DNA from: Haliotis cracherodii
Taxonomy: Eukaryota
Length of the DNA: 64,000 nucleotides
NCBI RefSeq assembly: GCF_022045235.1
Contig: NW_027266286.1
Location: 46,500,001 to 46,564,000 of the forward strand
Reading direction: 5' to 3'
In this document: in pieces, positions 13,984 to 27,991 of the stretch
Position numbering within the stretch: the first letter of the stretch is position 1
Layout: the number at the start of each line of letters is the position of its first letter
Translations under genes and position numbers: made by a program
Notes under the pieces: model-generated
Databases searched by the model: none
What the model was told of the DNA's origin: nothing
Seen by the model: the letters and a program-made list of their open reading frames with translations, nothing else

Positions 13984-14499
13984 GAATCGTGGCGCATTGG
14001 ACTACTGTGACCGTGCCCTATAATTCGGCTAAACATTGGCTTTATCACCTTTTTTGATAACGGAGCTTTGTCACAGGAGTGCAGGCACTATATATTCAAT
14101 ATCCCTTTGTCGTCTACTGACACATTTTGAGGGATTGGAGGGTGACGCATAATACTGTTTACTAATATATTTCCAACAGCTCATACACATAGTCATTGCG
14201 TTGACATTTGTTCCAACATGTTCAGGTCGCCTACATGCACATCCAACCGTAAAATGTTTTTCTCACTGGTACTTAAACACGGTTGTATTGTCCAATGTGC
14301 ATGCAAAATCGTACAGACACCGTTCTCTACCAGAAAATGACGATTTTAGTACTTTGAAAGAAGCCTTGCGAAGACTACAGACTGTCACGCAAAACATACG
14401 TTCGGACATCGATGTGTCTTCATTTAAATAAACTATGAATAGTGATCGAGAAATATAAAACGAGAAACCTCAGACAAACTACAAGGCGTCAGATGTTAT

Positions 14500-16075
14500 A
14501 AATTATTTCACGATATATCCTGAAATATGAGGCAATTATGTTCAAACTGGCCAAATATTGCGCACATGGAATTGCAGGACAATTAATCCCATAGCTAAAC
14601 CATGTGGAAACAGTAACAGCAAAGATCCTCTCAGTTATAGATGTTTGACAGTAGTATAAACACCATCGAAGATATGCTGAATTTATCAACCGTAGGTTGT
14701 TTAAATGCTTAGATATTGAAGATAGACTCGTAGATGAACAAAACTGATCTGATTCAGGAAAGGAAGATCATTCCTCGACCACATATGCAGCACCAAAACA
14801 GAAAGAATGCTTAGAAAACTTGCTAAGGTGGTTGATATCCGAAAGGCTTCTGACTTCGTGAATTCTATTGTTTAGGCTTATCGAGCATTGTATAAAAGGA
14901 AATACTAGACTAGTAGCTATAGATTGGAAACTATCAGATCCCATATGATAATGTGTCTTGTTCGCTGAAATGTAACCACATACAAGGGGGAATTTTACTC
15001 TTTTCACTATCCATTCTTCATAATGAGTTGGCTACGGAACTGAAGTAGACTACTTGTGGAAAACAAATTTGTAATGACAATGTGTCAGTCCTCTATTGTG
15101 CTGTTATCCACAGACACAGCAAGATTGCAATTGCAACGCGTACTGGATAGCTTCCGTACATTTACAAGACGACTAACGTTATTCATTTGAGACTGATGAA
15201 TACATCACAGTGTAAAGACTTTTAATGTCCCGTCATTGTTGATTTCAATGACAGTTAGGACGGTACCTTAGATTACGGATGAACCTGATCAAAACCGGTG
15301 GGTTTCCTGCTGCATAAGTATCATTTATGCAGAGATATGCACTGCAATGGTTTTACCAGTCTCTGTGACAGTCTTGCACAACGAGTTCTAAAGTTCTGTT
15401 CAGAAATATGGGGTGCCACCAGTTATCAGGAAATGTACACGTGCGCCATCCAACATCGTGCCTGTAGAGCTTTCAAGGACTTACATAGTGCTGTCGTTGG
15501 AGGATATATGGGTTAACTAGATCCCCGTTCTGAGGTTACATAGAGACAGTACGGCCTTGGTCAAACCGTTGCAGTAAATCATGTAGACTTATTGTTTAAG
15601 AAGTGTTTGCCGACTTTGGTATTACAGATATTTATATCATGGATCGAACCTAAGGATGGCGTTTAAATCAAATACCATGTGTCTCAGGGAAAAAGACCAG
15701 AAAGCTTAGTATAAAATAATCCAGCCAATGCCCAAAGTAAGAACATAGAAGCATTTTATGTTGTATTTCAAAACAGAACCATATTTATTGCGCTCCCATT
15801 ATATTTTAGGTACTTTAAGGTGTGGCTCTTTAAAACTAGAAATAGAAACAGGCACATATCGTATTCCACCAAATGAAAGATTTGAAAATTCTGTTTTATT
15901 AACTGTATTGAAAATAAAAAAAGTTTCTTCTAAAATGTCAACGAATTCAGCCTTTGTTCATGACAACCAAGATGTTAAAATGAAACTACAAAATAATGTT
16001 ATTTTAGAAAATTTTGGGGAATGTGGTAAAAAAAATATCTTGGAAGTGTACAAAACATGCATAATTTATCCGTAA
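14500..16075 (+). mobile_element. Degraded non-LTR retrotransposon (CR1/L2 group) ORF2
   Basis: LVDEQN..FRKGRS.LDHI (~14727-14785), VDIRKASDFVN (~14830), C-terminal LRCGSLKLEIETGTYRIPPNER (~15810-15880). Boundaries approximate. Confidence 0.7.
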
Positions 16076-16449
16076 ATTTACATGTGTAAGTGTCTCAGTG
16101 TCTCAATAAGACACTTCATAAGATGTACCTACTTGTTTTACTATGAATCTGTGACATGCTCATTCATTCATTCATTCATTCATTCGTTCAACTTTACGTA
16201 TTAACTTTAGGTACAGACCATTTGGAAAGTTGGAAAATATATGGGTTGACAGTAAAATCAATATGTTTCTCTCCTTCATTAAAAAAGCATTTATTGAAAA
16301 AGTGACAAGACAAAACTCGGTCATTCCAGTCCTTATTGAAAGTGTCAAGACAGGTCTATGCAGGTGTATATAACTGACAATGAGAGTCGAAAATGTTGGC
16401 AACACACCTACCCGAAATAATGATTGTATATATCATTCAAGTTAAAAGG

Positions 16450-16800
16450 TGAGGTGAAATGGGTTTTAACGTCGCGTCCAAGATTATTGCACTCATATAG
16501 CGACTTGCATGTACGTGTGTGTATTTGTTTGGCTGCTTGTACTAGTCCGGACTGATGCCGATTTAAAGTGCTAGCTCACGAGATACCATGCCGCAGTTTA
16601 ACATGAATACCCCACTCAGACACAGTATACTGACTCCAAGCCGACCAATCCTTGTTTTAGCCCATTAATGCCGAGCGCCCTACAGGGTAACAACAAGTAC
16701 CATCTTTTAACGTCTTTGGTATGACGCGGCCGGGAATCGTTCCCCGGACCTTCCGCTCTCCGGGCGGACGCTCTACCTCTAGACCACGGAGGCGGTCTCA
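16450..16800 (-). mobile_element. ~350 bp tRNA-derived SINE (most complete copy of a family)
   Basis: Pol III A/B-box-like head (ccgtggtctagaggtagagcg...gggaacgattccc) plus a shared core. Related copies at ~22051-22125(+), 27590-27780(-), 43150-43345(-), 45079-45250(+), 49560-49730(-), 50210-50630(-), 55760-56075(-), 60620-60937(-). Confidence 0.8.
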
Positions 16801-17659
16801 AGTTAATAGTCAGGACAACTTTTTGAGTCGCGGATAGCACATAGGTAAAATAGAATAAGTAGATGGTTGATATATGAACTAAGTTTTACGCCACAACCAG
16901 CAATATAAAATCCAGTAAACAGCGAAACTGAAAAAGACAAATCAGTTGTTTCCAGCAACGATCGACTCACCAAATACAAATCTGATTATCTGGTTATTTT
17001 CTCCCATATTAACACATACTTTTGATGAGTATTATTTGTCGTAAAGAGTCAATATAATGGGTGGTTTTGCTATATTCTAATGGCTGTGGGTATCTCTGTC
17101 ACAAAATATATCATATGCTCCATACAAATACAGTTTGAGATAACTGGATCAAGGGTTTATCTATGATGGTTATCACATTAACGTACACTTTGTTTTACCT
17201 CAAATCTGTATATCTTTCATTTGTACTTTTTGATAAGGCATATACAAACTATAATCAAAATAATAAAGTACATGAAAAGCTAAAACTCGTTATAACGTTT
17301 TAAATAAATGTCGACAATTCAAGTAAGATATTGTTTTATATGCTGTCCCTTCAACACACATACCGTAAAGAAAAGAGGGTTAAAGACATTGTTAAAAAGA
17401 CACAACCATCATAAATAGCTGAGCAATTTCAGAAAATCAGGGCCTTAGGGGGTCAAATTCGTATTTCCATCACAATACACTATTGGACAGAGTTAATTAT
17501 CAAATAGAAAAGACGCTACGGTGACAAATTGTGTTCTCAAAACGCATCAGCATGTCTCCTAAGGAAAGTTTTTATACAGTGTGATGTCCATAAGATTTCA
17601 AACTCATCACATACATTTAAAAACCTGGACCATACTGACTTAGTAAGATTAAGTCTTAC

Positions 17660-17717
17660 CTGCGTAAACCTCCCGAAGAATGCAATCCGAAATGACAATA
17701 AAACGCCAATAATTCAT
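17660..17717 (-). CDS. Leader exon L2 (signal-peptide-like, homologous to gene A exon 1)
   Basis: ATG AAT TAT TGG CGT...TAC GCA G|gtaag = MNYWRFIVISDCILREVYA; 58 nt, phase 1. Confidence 0.6.
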
Positions 17718-17718
17718 G

Positions 17719-17819
17719 AGTGAGTGAGTATGATATTACGTCGCTTTTAGCAATATTCCAGCAATATCACGGCGGGGACACCGGGCAATTGGCTTCACGC
17801 TAGGCTACCCCACCGCTCC
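17719..17819 (-). mobile_element. SINE inserted at the start of leader L2, with 13-bp TSD
   Basis: ccaataattcatg at 17706-17718 and at 17820-17832. Confidence 0.85.
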
Positions 17820-18056
17820 CCAATAATTCATGTTTGTAAGCAATCATTTTAGTCTTAGACGGTCTACAAGGAAGTAGCATATTTTGCCGTGGTATTTTAG
17901 CTGTAATATACATCCTTGGCAAACACTGTGGCCCCGTTGATTACACATGAGACGGGACGACCCACACTGAAGCGGATGGACAATACAGTGTAACTACAAA
18001 GCTCTGTTTACTTCATACGTTGCACACGTGGTATTATCATGCACAAAAATAGTTAT

Positions 18057-21016
18057 AACACGTCCCATTTTAATTCTGGAAACCCAAAAGTCAAGAAACT
18101 CTACGGTCTTTTCCCAGTCTCGGTCAAAGGTATTTACAAAAATAAGCATGCTGTTTTCACGGGAACATACTAAGGAAGAAAAAAAAAGTTTAAAAACTCA
18201 ATATTTACACCATATTTTCATTAACACAAAACTCATGTTTTTGTTTCGCAAATACTTAACTTGTATTCCTTCAAGTATCATGACACAAAATCTAACTCAT
18301 TTAAGTTAATTCAACGATTTTATAGCGATATTGAAATAGTTCGCCCATGGGCGAGAAAAAGGTTTGACCCATGGGCGAGAATATTTTCCATTACATAAAA
18401 CTTATGTGTTTGTTTCGCAAATATATTTTAATGCACTCTTTTACGTATCATGACACAAAATTTAACTCATTTTAACTTAATTTAACGATTTTAAAGCGAT
18501 ATTGAAATATTTCGCCCATGGGCGAGAAAAAGGCTTGGCCCATGGGCAGGCCCATTGGCGAGAATATGTTCCTTTACACAAAACTCATGTTTTTGTTTCG
18601 CAAATACATAGATGTATTCCTTCACGTATCATGACACAAAATTTAACTCATTTTAACTTAATTCAACGGTTTTAAAGCGATATTGAAATATTTCGCCCAT
18701 GGGCGAGAAAAAGGCTTGGCCAATGGGCGAGAATATGTTCCTTTACACAAAACTCATGTTTTTGTTTCGCAAATACATAGATGTATTCCATCAAGACATA
18801 TTTAATTCGGTTTTATGGTCCATGCGGTCTTACAATTGATTTTATTAGTCTATAAATCTTATGTCCAGTACATATTTTCACAAACAGGACTGTTACCTGA
18901 TATAAGGAAGGTAACATCCAGTTGAATTCCCAGTTGACGTATTTACTTTTTTTATCAAGGATTATCTCTGTGGCCAGTGGCGGACGTAATTCAAACTCCT
19001 TCCACACTGACACCGCATCAAATATATTTGTGTACCCATTACATAACTCTTACGGACAGGGTGTGGTGGTAGTTCACCGGACGACTCTGTGTATATTGGG
19101 CGGCTCCTTTGATATCTCCTCCAAACATACTTTTATTGAATGACCCATTAAACGATGATACACATCTCGTTGAATATATCAAGGCACTAATTCATTTTTC
19201 ATAAACTTTTTTTGTCTTTGTGCTTAATATATCCACATATCAACGAAAATATGTAATACATGTATCGACCAAAAAAAATATACATATACCTGCATAACTG
19301 TTTATTCGCGCGTGGTGTGGTGTGGTAGATCGTAATTGACTGAGAGCAGGTATTGTAGAATCACCTGTGAATAATGCCGACACTGTAATTAGATACAACG
19401 TACTAATGAGAATATGAGAATTATCATAAGAAGGCTGGTTTTTTTCTGAACTGTTACCATTTTCATACCAAAAGTGACAATGCATTTATAAGTTGTTTTA
19501 GTGTCACAATATTCACTCAATCGCCTGTAAACATCGCACCGCATATAATGAAATAATTATTTCGAGATTTAGTTAGAATGTGAGATATTCAGCTAGACGT
19601 TATGCAATGAAAGACGACTCGGGTTTCCCCCCATTAAAATACGCGCACGTGTACCTGTATATTGCATATCTATTGTCACTTAATTCCCCAATGTGATGTA
19701 CTAACGAGACATAAAATGGGAAGTGAAAAAGAAACAAACTAAACTTTAATTTGTTGAAAAATAATGCCAATAAATTGGTGTACACGCGCATGAATTTGTA
19801 TGATAAACTGTCAAAATGTTTTGAGAGATAAGGCCGGGTTCATTAAAGATCGTTGCAATATGTAAAAAAGGTGAAATTTGTAAAACTTCTGCAGGGGAAA
19901 CATCCAACCAAAGGCCTTTTTAAAATAGTAATGTAATGATACAAAGTGTGTTTCACATGATATAATATACTTTGTAAACAATTAGTTAATTCTTTAAAGG
20001 GACTGACGAAAACATGGTCCGAAATATTTTAATAACGCCAAAAATTAGTTGAATTAAGTTAAAATGAGTTGAATCATGTGTCATGCTTATAATCCCTTAA
20101 TGTACTTGCGAAACTAAAACTGTTGAGCAAAGGAAAATATGCTCGCCCATGGGCCAAACCATTTTCTCGCCCATGGGCGAAATATTTCAATATCACCATA
20201 AAATCGTTGAATTAAATCGTTGAAATGAGTTAAATTTTGTGTCATGATACTTGATGGAATACAATTTTAGTATTTGCGAAACAAAAACATGAGTTTTGTG
20301 TAAAGGAACATATTCTCGCCCATGGGCCAATCCTTTTTCTCGCCCATGGGCGAAATATTTCAATATCGCTTTAAAATCGTTGAATTAAGTTAAAATGAGT
20401 TAAATTTTGTGTCATGATACTTGATGGAATACAATTTTAGTATTTGCGAAACAAAAACATGAGTTTTGTGTAAAGGAACATATTCTCGCCCATGGGCCAA
20501 GCCTTCTTCTCGCCCATGGGCGAAATATTTCAATATCGCTTTAAAATCGTTGAATTAAGTTAAAATGAGTTAATTTTTTTGTCATGATACGTAAAGGAAT
20601 GCATTAAAATATATTTGCGAAACAAACACATAAGTTTTGTGTAAAGGAAAATATTCTCGCCCATTGGCCAAACCTTTTTTTCGCCCATGGGCGAACTATT
20701 TCAATATCGCTATAAAATCGTTGAATTAAGTTAAAATGAGTTAGATTTTGTGTCATGATACTTGAAGGAATACAAGTTAAGTATTTGCGAAAAAAAACAT
20801 GAGTTTTGTGTAAATGAAAATATTCTCGCCCATGGGCCTGCCCATGGGCGAGATGGTGTATATATATATTTATTTTTATTTTTTTTCCTTTTTTCTTCCT
20901 TAGTATGTTCCCATGAAAACAGCATGCTTATTTTTGTAAATACCTTTGACTGAGACTGGGAAAAGACCGTAGAGTTTCTTGACTTTTGGGTTTCCAGAAT
21001 TAAAATGGGACGTGTT
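18057..21016. mobile_element. Foldback-like non-autonomous DNA element with long modular TIRs
   Basis: Outer ~130 bp inverted termini (aacacgtcccattttaattctggaaacc... / ...gggacgtgtt), then ~170-bp tandem units (about 3 left, 4-5 right, inverted) carrying the palindrome TCGCCCATGGGCGA. TTAT direct repeat on both flanks (18053-18056, 21017-21020). Confidence 0.85.
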
Positions 21017-21504
21017 TTATCCTTTGAAAATGCAGTCGGATCACTTTAGCATACAACTGTTGGCGGGTAGGCACTGTTTGTCCTTGATGAGACACAAATA
21101 GCATTTATAACATTTACTGTTGAGTATCTTGCGACACTCTACCCGTGACTTTACTGGCTTGTGTACCGGGCCATAGAAAACGTGCTCAGGGTTTGGCGAG
21201 GTGTCCTCAGATAATGGCGAAGTTATTATATCACAGTAAAAGATTTGACTTTAAAGGGAGTCAAAACGCAGACCTACATACAAGAAGCTAAGTTATAAAA
21301 TAATTATCAACTTGAAAAGTGATGACACCATGTATCCATGGAACGTGTACATATGACATACCCTACTGTTAGCACAGTGTGCTAACTGAGGGGACGTGCC
21401 CTACACGTAATCATCAATAGCATAGATTTTCGATGTCCTTTCTGTTCATGATCACACTGAATCTCACTTGCTTATATCAAGTATCAGCGTGTAGTTATGC
21501 TTAC

Positions 21505-21562
21505 CTGTATGAACTGTATGCAGAATGTAGAACAAACTGGCTATTAAACTCCACAAGTCCAT
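21505..21562 (-). CDS. Leader exon L3 (signal peptide, homologous to gene A exon 1)
   Basis: ATG GAC TTG TGG AGT...CAT ACA G|gtaag = MDLWSLIASLFYILHTVHT; 58 nt, phase 1. Confidence 0.7.
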
Positions 21563-23199
21563 TTTGGTTTGTAGTGCGAGCATGTCAGTCTTCTACGTTC
21601 AGGTGATCAAACAGGAAGTAACTTCAGGACCCTGTGTGGTTGTACATCGTAAATATATACATCCGGGACCTGGCTAAAACATAATAGACTGGCGTAAACT
21701 GTACCAAATAGGTGAAAAGGGCACCCTATTATTGTCAAATACAAAAGGTATTATACTAAGTAAAACCAACATTAATATACCCATGTTAGCATGCAAGGCA
21801 CCATGATCTGCGCATAAGTTTTCTCAGTCAGCGTTCTCACGGCATTGATTGTATATGCAATTTTGTCTCGAAATACTCATTGTCACTTCTTCCCCAGTCC
21901 GTGATTTGTATGGTACTTTTATAATATGACAAGAACATCTCTCTCAATGTCGACGTTGAAGTAGAAGGTAGGTCTCATGTGCAATACAGGCCTGCAATTT
22001 CAAAGCTACTTAAAAATGTAACAACAACAGATGCATCTTCCTCGTCTATAGGCCGCCTCCGTGGTCTAGTCGTAGATCGTCCGCCCGGAGAGCGGAAGGT
22101 TCAACGTTCGCGTCATACCAAAAGACGTACCAACCGACAATGATCACTGAAAATCAGAGTAAATACACAAGCTGATTATATACTTAGCAACTGTATAACA
22201 GTGATAACGCGAGAGTAGCTAAATCAACACTTTGACAAGATAATGAAAGATGCGAAGACAGCCAATTAAGTCGCCTGCGACCAATTAACACCCGAGAGTT
22301 AGTTAACAATTGGTTAAATGGTGGGAAATAGAGGGCATATCCTTACAAAAAGTCTCTTGGACAATTAAATAGACAATAACCCCTGAATATCAAACTAGTC
22401 TTAAAGACCAAAGAATCATCCAATTTAAAGGGGAAAGAAAATTCTAAACTTCCCAAAAATATAAGGTACTTGACCTAAGCTAGAACAATCACGGGAAATT
22501 TGGTTATCAACGGATTACTAGAAAAACGGAGTATGAACAACCCTAGCTAATAAGTACCAGAGTATGTCAGTACTAGAAACAATCTGCCCCGTAATTACTT
22601 ACGAACGAAACCTAAGTTTCGAATGGCCACCCAGTGGCATAACGACCCGTACACGGTCAAGCGATCCCTGTTGCTGCTAAAGATGTTGGACATTTTTAAA
22701 GCGTTTCCGGACGTGCCGATTTCGCTGCTGATAAGGACACATGATTTCGGCAAGGGTTTCGTCAGCGATGGGAAAAGCGATAGCCTGGCGGGCCTAACAA
22801 AGGGTGTTTCTCAACGTAGCAAAAACCCGAATAGATAACTAACTACTAAACCAATACGGAAGATGTAAGTTCCAAAATAAAGCACTGAACATAAGCCATC
22901 CAACGGTACTATTAACGATCTATTACCAGATACGTACATTTATTGAGGTGGCACAAATGACCATAAATACATGACAGATATCTACAAGTACTAGATAATC
23001 GCGCTAATGCGTGAAAATCAAAGTTACTAAAACATTTTCAATACATGAATAAGGAAGTAAACATATATGAAATAACTTATATCAAATCAATGCATGATAA
23101 AAGTATGCGTTTCTACAGCCATAGAATAATATCTATGGACCACCGATTCTCAAACTCAAATTCATTTAGTATCAGAAAAACCACCCACGGTGGTACATG

Positions 23200-23990
23200 A
23201 GATACAATCATATACAATTTTTGTTATGTACACAATGACAAAAATGATAAAAATAGGATACGTAGATACTAATACAATTTACCAACTGTATTGTACACAT
23301 TGTTAAGGAATTTAGACAGGCCTTTTAGATCACTTACATTGTTAGTGATCATACGTTTCTAAAATTGGGACAGGTTTGGAAACTTAAGAGTTCATATCGC
23401 TGTTGGTGAAAAGTTTCACATCGGAATAAATAGTTAAATTCATCTCCCACAGCGATTGAATCACAGAGTAGACACTGGCGGTCTTCCCTGGGAATGTTCA
23501 GCCATCGACACGTTTCAACGGGTAATCTATGGTTAGAAGTTCTGAATTTTAATACAGGGAGAAATATTGATTTTGAGAGCAATAGAAATTTCACAAATAA
23601 AGGTTGATTCTTCAGGTACTTGTAATACGATCCTTTGGAGCTTGATTCGGCAGTGGATTTCCAGTTCTGACGGAATTGAGATTGAAATATATTTTCAACC
23701 ATTGAGGCCGGCCATGGCGTGGAACATACCGATGGGGTTTGAAATATATGATAGACCGCAACTGTCTTATACATTCTTAATAAATTCTAACCATGGGCCA
23801 TTTTCAACTTCTATATGGATAGTATACATGTGTTTGTAAAGTATTTAGGAGGCTTATGATACACATCTGTGTAAGCAAGCTTATGCCAAAAGGAGATAAC
23901 ACGTTTATAAACTTTAATACTAAATGGTTCCCCACACAATTCGCCATATAACATAAAGTTTGGAGTTGTGTTTTTCAGGCCAGTGGCTAA
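23200..23990 (-). mobile_element. 3' fragment of a non-LTR retrotransposon ORF2
   Basis: KFRTSNHRLPVETCRWLNIPREDRQCLLC...GDEFNYLFRC, a typical CR1/L2-group C-terminus. Confidence 0.8.
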
Positions 23991-24806
23991 GAAAGTTTAG
24001 ATGAACTCTATAATAACAATGTACGTAAAGGCACTGGAGTACGACGATCGCGGGTCACCGAATAGTGACGGAAGCCGGACGACTAAAAGCGAGGGGAATG
24101 GTGCGGTCTGCCCAGACTGGACATGTGAGATCTATTTACGCCATTTTGAATCGGGTTTCCTCCAACGTGCATATTTACGAACCTGATCAGTGATGTAAAC
24201 CTTATTTATAGAATAACTGCCGACAATCAGTAAAATACAAGTAAGCAAAAGTAGCGTAAGTTTTTGTCACTCATCGAAAGGCCAGCCACGCCCGATATGA
24301 ATCAGAAACACCAAATCACCACATATTATAACATCTTCTATCGATGGTTGGTGTCTGCGAAAATAACATCGAGTCTACTATACTATTCATCCTCAGACAT
24401 TTTTTTGTAGAACACACATTGCAAAGTGCGTAATGTGTTTCCTAAGTATTTCAATGATAATGCTCTAAATATTTTAGGGGAAAGGGTGTCTAGATACGCT
24501 ATTTGAGGGCGAAGTCTAGATACGCTATCGTTGGTGCAATGGGTAGAAGAGCCCATGTATTATCTTTGTCCGCGCTCTTGGGTATACGAGAGGGGTGACT
24601 CTGGACTGTCTTTCAACAGTCAGCTGGCACACCGCCCGGTAACTCCAATACCGTGCACACCGATGTGATGCCAGCTACATGTAACTGACTAGAACGTAGT
24701 TGATTAAACGTAAAAAAATACTCATCACATCTCTATTTCAAAGTTATATTAAAAATAAGTGCTTTAAGCCAAATGATTCAAAATGCCCTTCCATGAAATG
24801 TACTGC

Positions 24807-24977
24807 AGTAAACTACGTTTATAAGGGATACCCTTATAACGAACTGACGGTTATAACGAACATATGTTTTGGTCCCGACCATTTGCTGTTCATTCATGTA
24901 CATATGCTTAAAGCGAACTACGTTTATATCGAACTAAATTCTCTGGCCCTTTGAGTTCGTGAAAACCGTAGTTTACT
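24807..24977. mobile_element. Probable pogo/Tigger-like MITE
   Basis: TIR agtaaactacg / cgtagtttact; internal tataacgaac repeats. Confidence 0.5.
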
Positions 24978-27900
24978 ATACTTTGATCATTCACCTGATG
25001 ATAACCAGAAATGTCGAAAATATAAAGGTGATATAAAGGTAAAACAATCCAAGCCTGAATCTAAAACACTACATCTAAAACACTACAGATGGTGCCTATG
25101 TTAATGTCACAAATGTTTTATTTGGGATAACAGATTCCAGTACTTTTTTGGGTTGAGTCTCATCCGGGATTAGAACCCACACTGCGAGAGTGCGACACCT
25201 AATCGCCAGCACACAAAGTCAGCGATCTAACTCACTCAGCCACCGAGGCTACAACAAAATGAAAGTCCGACAACTGGTAGTCTAAATCACGTACTTTGTG
25301 TACCCCTCTGACAAGTGAAAATTGGCACGGCTCCCATGGCTGAAAGCAATGAATACAGGTAGAAATTCACCCGACCATGGTGATTGGTAATACTATATTG
25401 GATGAGGAGGGCATCTCACATATGACGCAAATAATTGGTGAATATCTCACAAACAACTAGTTGGGGAACTTAATTTACATACATTGTACTCAGTGAAACT
25501 TTTTAACACAAAAACATAGATATCAATGGGTGAGTGAACGTAATAATAATTTAGTAGTTATTTGGACTATAAAAGAAATTACAGACAAGTTACAGTTTAT
25601 TCCCAGTTGTAAAAGGAGTCGGCACTTGGTTTTGTCAAATGCAAGCTCATAATAACAATCGGACGTCAAACTTCCATTCATTGGATATGAGGATGATCGA
25701 CCACTTTTAACACCAAAGATGGCTTTGTCACGAAGCCCAATATTATGTCACTGAGCAGCGAGTCGACGCCAAAAATCATGTCGAGGGGTGGCAACTGAAT
25801 CCGTACAAATTCATTAAGATACTGCAGGTTGAGAAGGATAATACTGCGATCACAGCAGTTAGTTTGGTGCAACCCAAGGAGAAGTGTCGAAACCTAGATC
25901 ATTCCATTGAGAAGGAAAAGAGACAACTTCTTGCCACCCAGAAACCGGTTAATGATTGTCACAATTTTGAACAATGAATAATGTAAATTTGAGATGCGAC
26001 GAAAAAATGTATTTATTGTGTATTATATTATCCTATGTATTACAAGCATCCGCCGGTCCTGTGCAGTGTTTGGTATCACCCCCAGCTTAAATTAGCACGA
26101 TGGTCATTATCCCTCGACCAGCCGCTGGACAAGTGGGAAGTCACCGTTGATTGCACCCAACAGGATGTTAGTATTACCGATAATCAATCATTATATTACT
26201 TGTTCACAATATCGAGATTAGAGGTGACGTTTTGCAATGTCAACAATGTATAAAATGTTACTATATTTGTAGGATTAACAGACATACCGTCGCCTGAGAA
26301 CCAGGGTGTTCTAACTCCACAAAGCCTTGTTTTGAGAAACTGAGCTGTAAAAGTTTGGATGTTAACTGTTTTATTATCATGAAAGCTACCTTCATAAATG
26401 TTTACATGGATATGTATTTTGTATTGTTAGCGTACATAAACTACAAATTTTATCAAATGAATTGAAAATGTCAATTACAATAACAAAATTATGTTTGGAG
26501 ATAGAACATTTTTCTAAAATCTGAAGCCATTTCCATTACTTCCATATTGTTCTATGTGACTTATGCTGGATATTTAACGTCACTACTTGTAAATTTTCAA
26601 TGAAATTAGTATTGTAAAGTATTGTAAAACAGCATACAAACTATTTATAACATGTACATTCCTTTTCCAAAGTGAAAAAGAGAAGAAAGGCAAAACACGA
26701 TTCATGAATATAATGACAATATCACCAAAACATCGTAAATCAAAATCTGATTGGAAACCAGATACAAAATAAAATAAAGTATTCAATTTGAATACATGAC
26801 AAGAATGAATAACGAATGAAATCTATAACACTAAGTCTTCATAATTCACTGTAACTATCAAATAAAGTTTGCATAGAGTCGATATTCAAATTGAGTTAAA
26901 TATGCCACCTTTGAGTGCCCATCGATTCCATTCAGGGAAAGGCAATCAAATATCACAGGAGCATTGTCGAGCAACAAAATTTTACACGCCCCCTTGTTTA
27001 GGAGAAACCGGTAACTGCTTAAACACAACTCTTGAACTGTTAACATTTCAAAACATTAAAACAACCTGACAGACTGATACATTTATTCAGTAACAACCTA
27101 TGAAATAAGACCACTCATAAATCGTTTGTCCGTCGGGGTCATAAATTTTAACATGGTGTCTGCTGCATATTTGCATCATCATGAAATGTTCAGAAGCTCA
27201 TTAATATTATGAAACATGAAAAAAAGTCTCCTACCTTGTGCATGTGACTTCAATCCAACGTTGGAACCAGAGTGTCCTATCTCCATATCACGTGACAAAT
27301 ACGCATATAACCATTGGATGTAAACATAGAACACTCTAGAACTGAAAGGCTGCTGAATTTGTGGAGATAGAACTAAGCCCATCTGTAAAAAAACACATTT
27401 TCTGGCACTGTTTCGCTTTGAAACTTGATATGGAGATAGAATAAACACTGAAAATAGCTCGAACACCATTAACTCAATTTTCACCAAAAGCGGAGATAGA
27501 ACACATTTTTGTTCTCAGGCTGAAACTTTGTATATATTGCTGCTGAGGTGTGATTCTTAGAAGCTATACATAAACTGTTTCTGAATACCCAGCCCAGACA
27601 CATTATACCTCAATGCGAGGCGACCAGTCCTTGTTGCAGTCCCTTAATGCCGAGCGCCAGGCAGCGTAACAACACGCACCATATTTTCATTCCTTTTGGT
27701 AAGACGCGGCCGGGAGTCTAACCCCCGAACTTCCGCTTTCCCGGCAGACGCTCTTTCCACTCGACCACGGAGGCGATCCTGTCCCACGACGTAGACATCA
27801 AGTGCATAACTGTACATTTTCGGAGGGCTCCGAGTATAAAACACATTCGAATGCAATCCTTACCCGCTCAGAATCGAACCTGTTTAGGTGTTTTAAAAAA

Positions 27901-27991
27901 TATTCTGTTGAAGCGATACGTATCCACTAGCCTTCAGTAAAAGGTCACTGTGAAGGTGTCAAAGTATTTTCGAATTCATTATAAACCTCAC

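Noticed and set aside
14250-14400. Possible pseudo-exon of a SUEL-like domain on the minus strand (VLKSSFSGRERCLY...VFKYQ*)
   Set aside because: It needs two Cys codons to be mutated, has no donor at the expected site, and its position relative to the duplicated intron block does not match gene A.
16700-16800. tRNA gene
   Set aside because: The tRNA-like head continues into a SINE body found in many degenerate copies; no intact cloverleaf.
18200-20850. CRISPR-like appearance (regular palindromic repeats)
   Set aside because: The intervening sequences are themselves repeated rather than unique spacers, there are no cas genes, and the context is eukaryotic. These are TIR sub-repeats.
27234-27381. 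Exon-like segment downstream of leader L4 (tttacag|...CAAG|gtagg)
   Set aside because: The phase-1 frame hits a stop after about 15 codons and shows no similarity to gene A.
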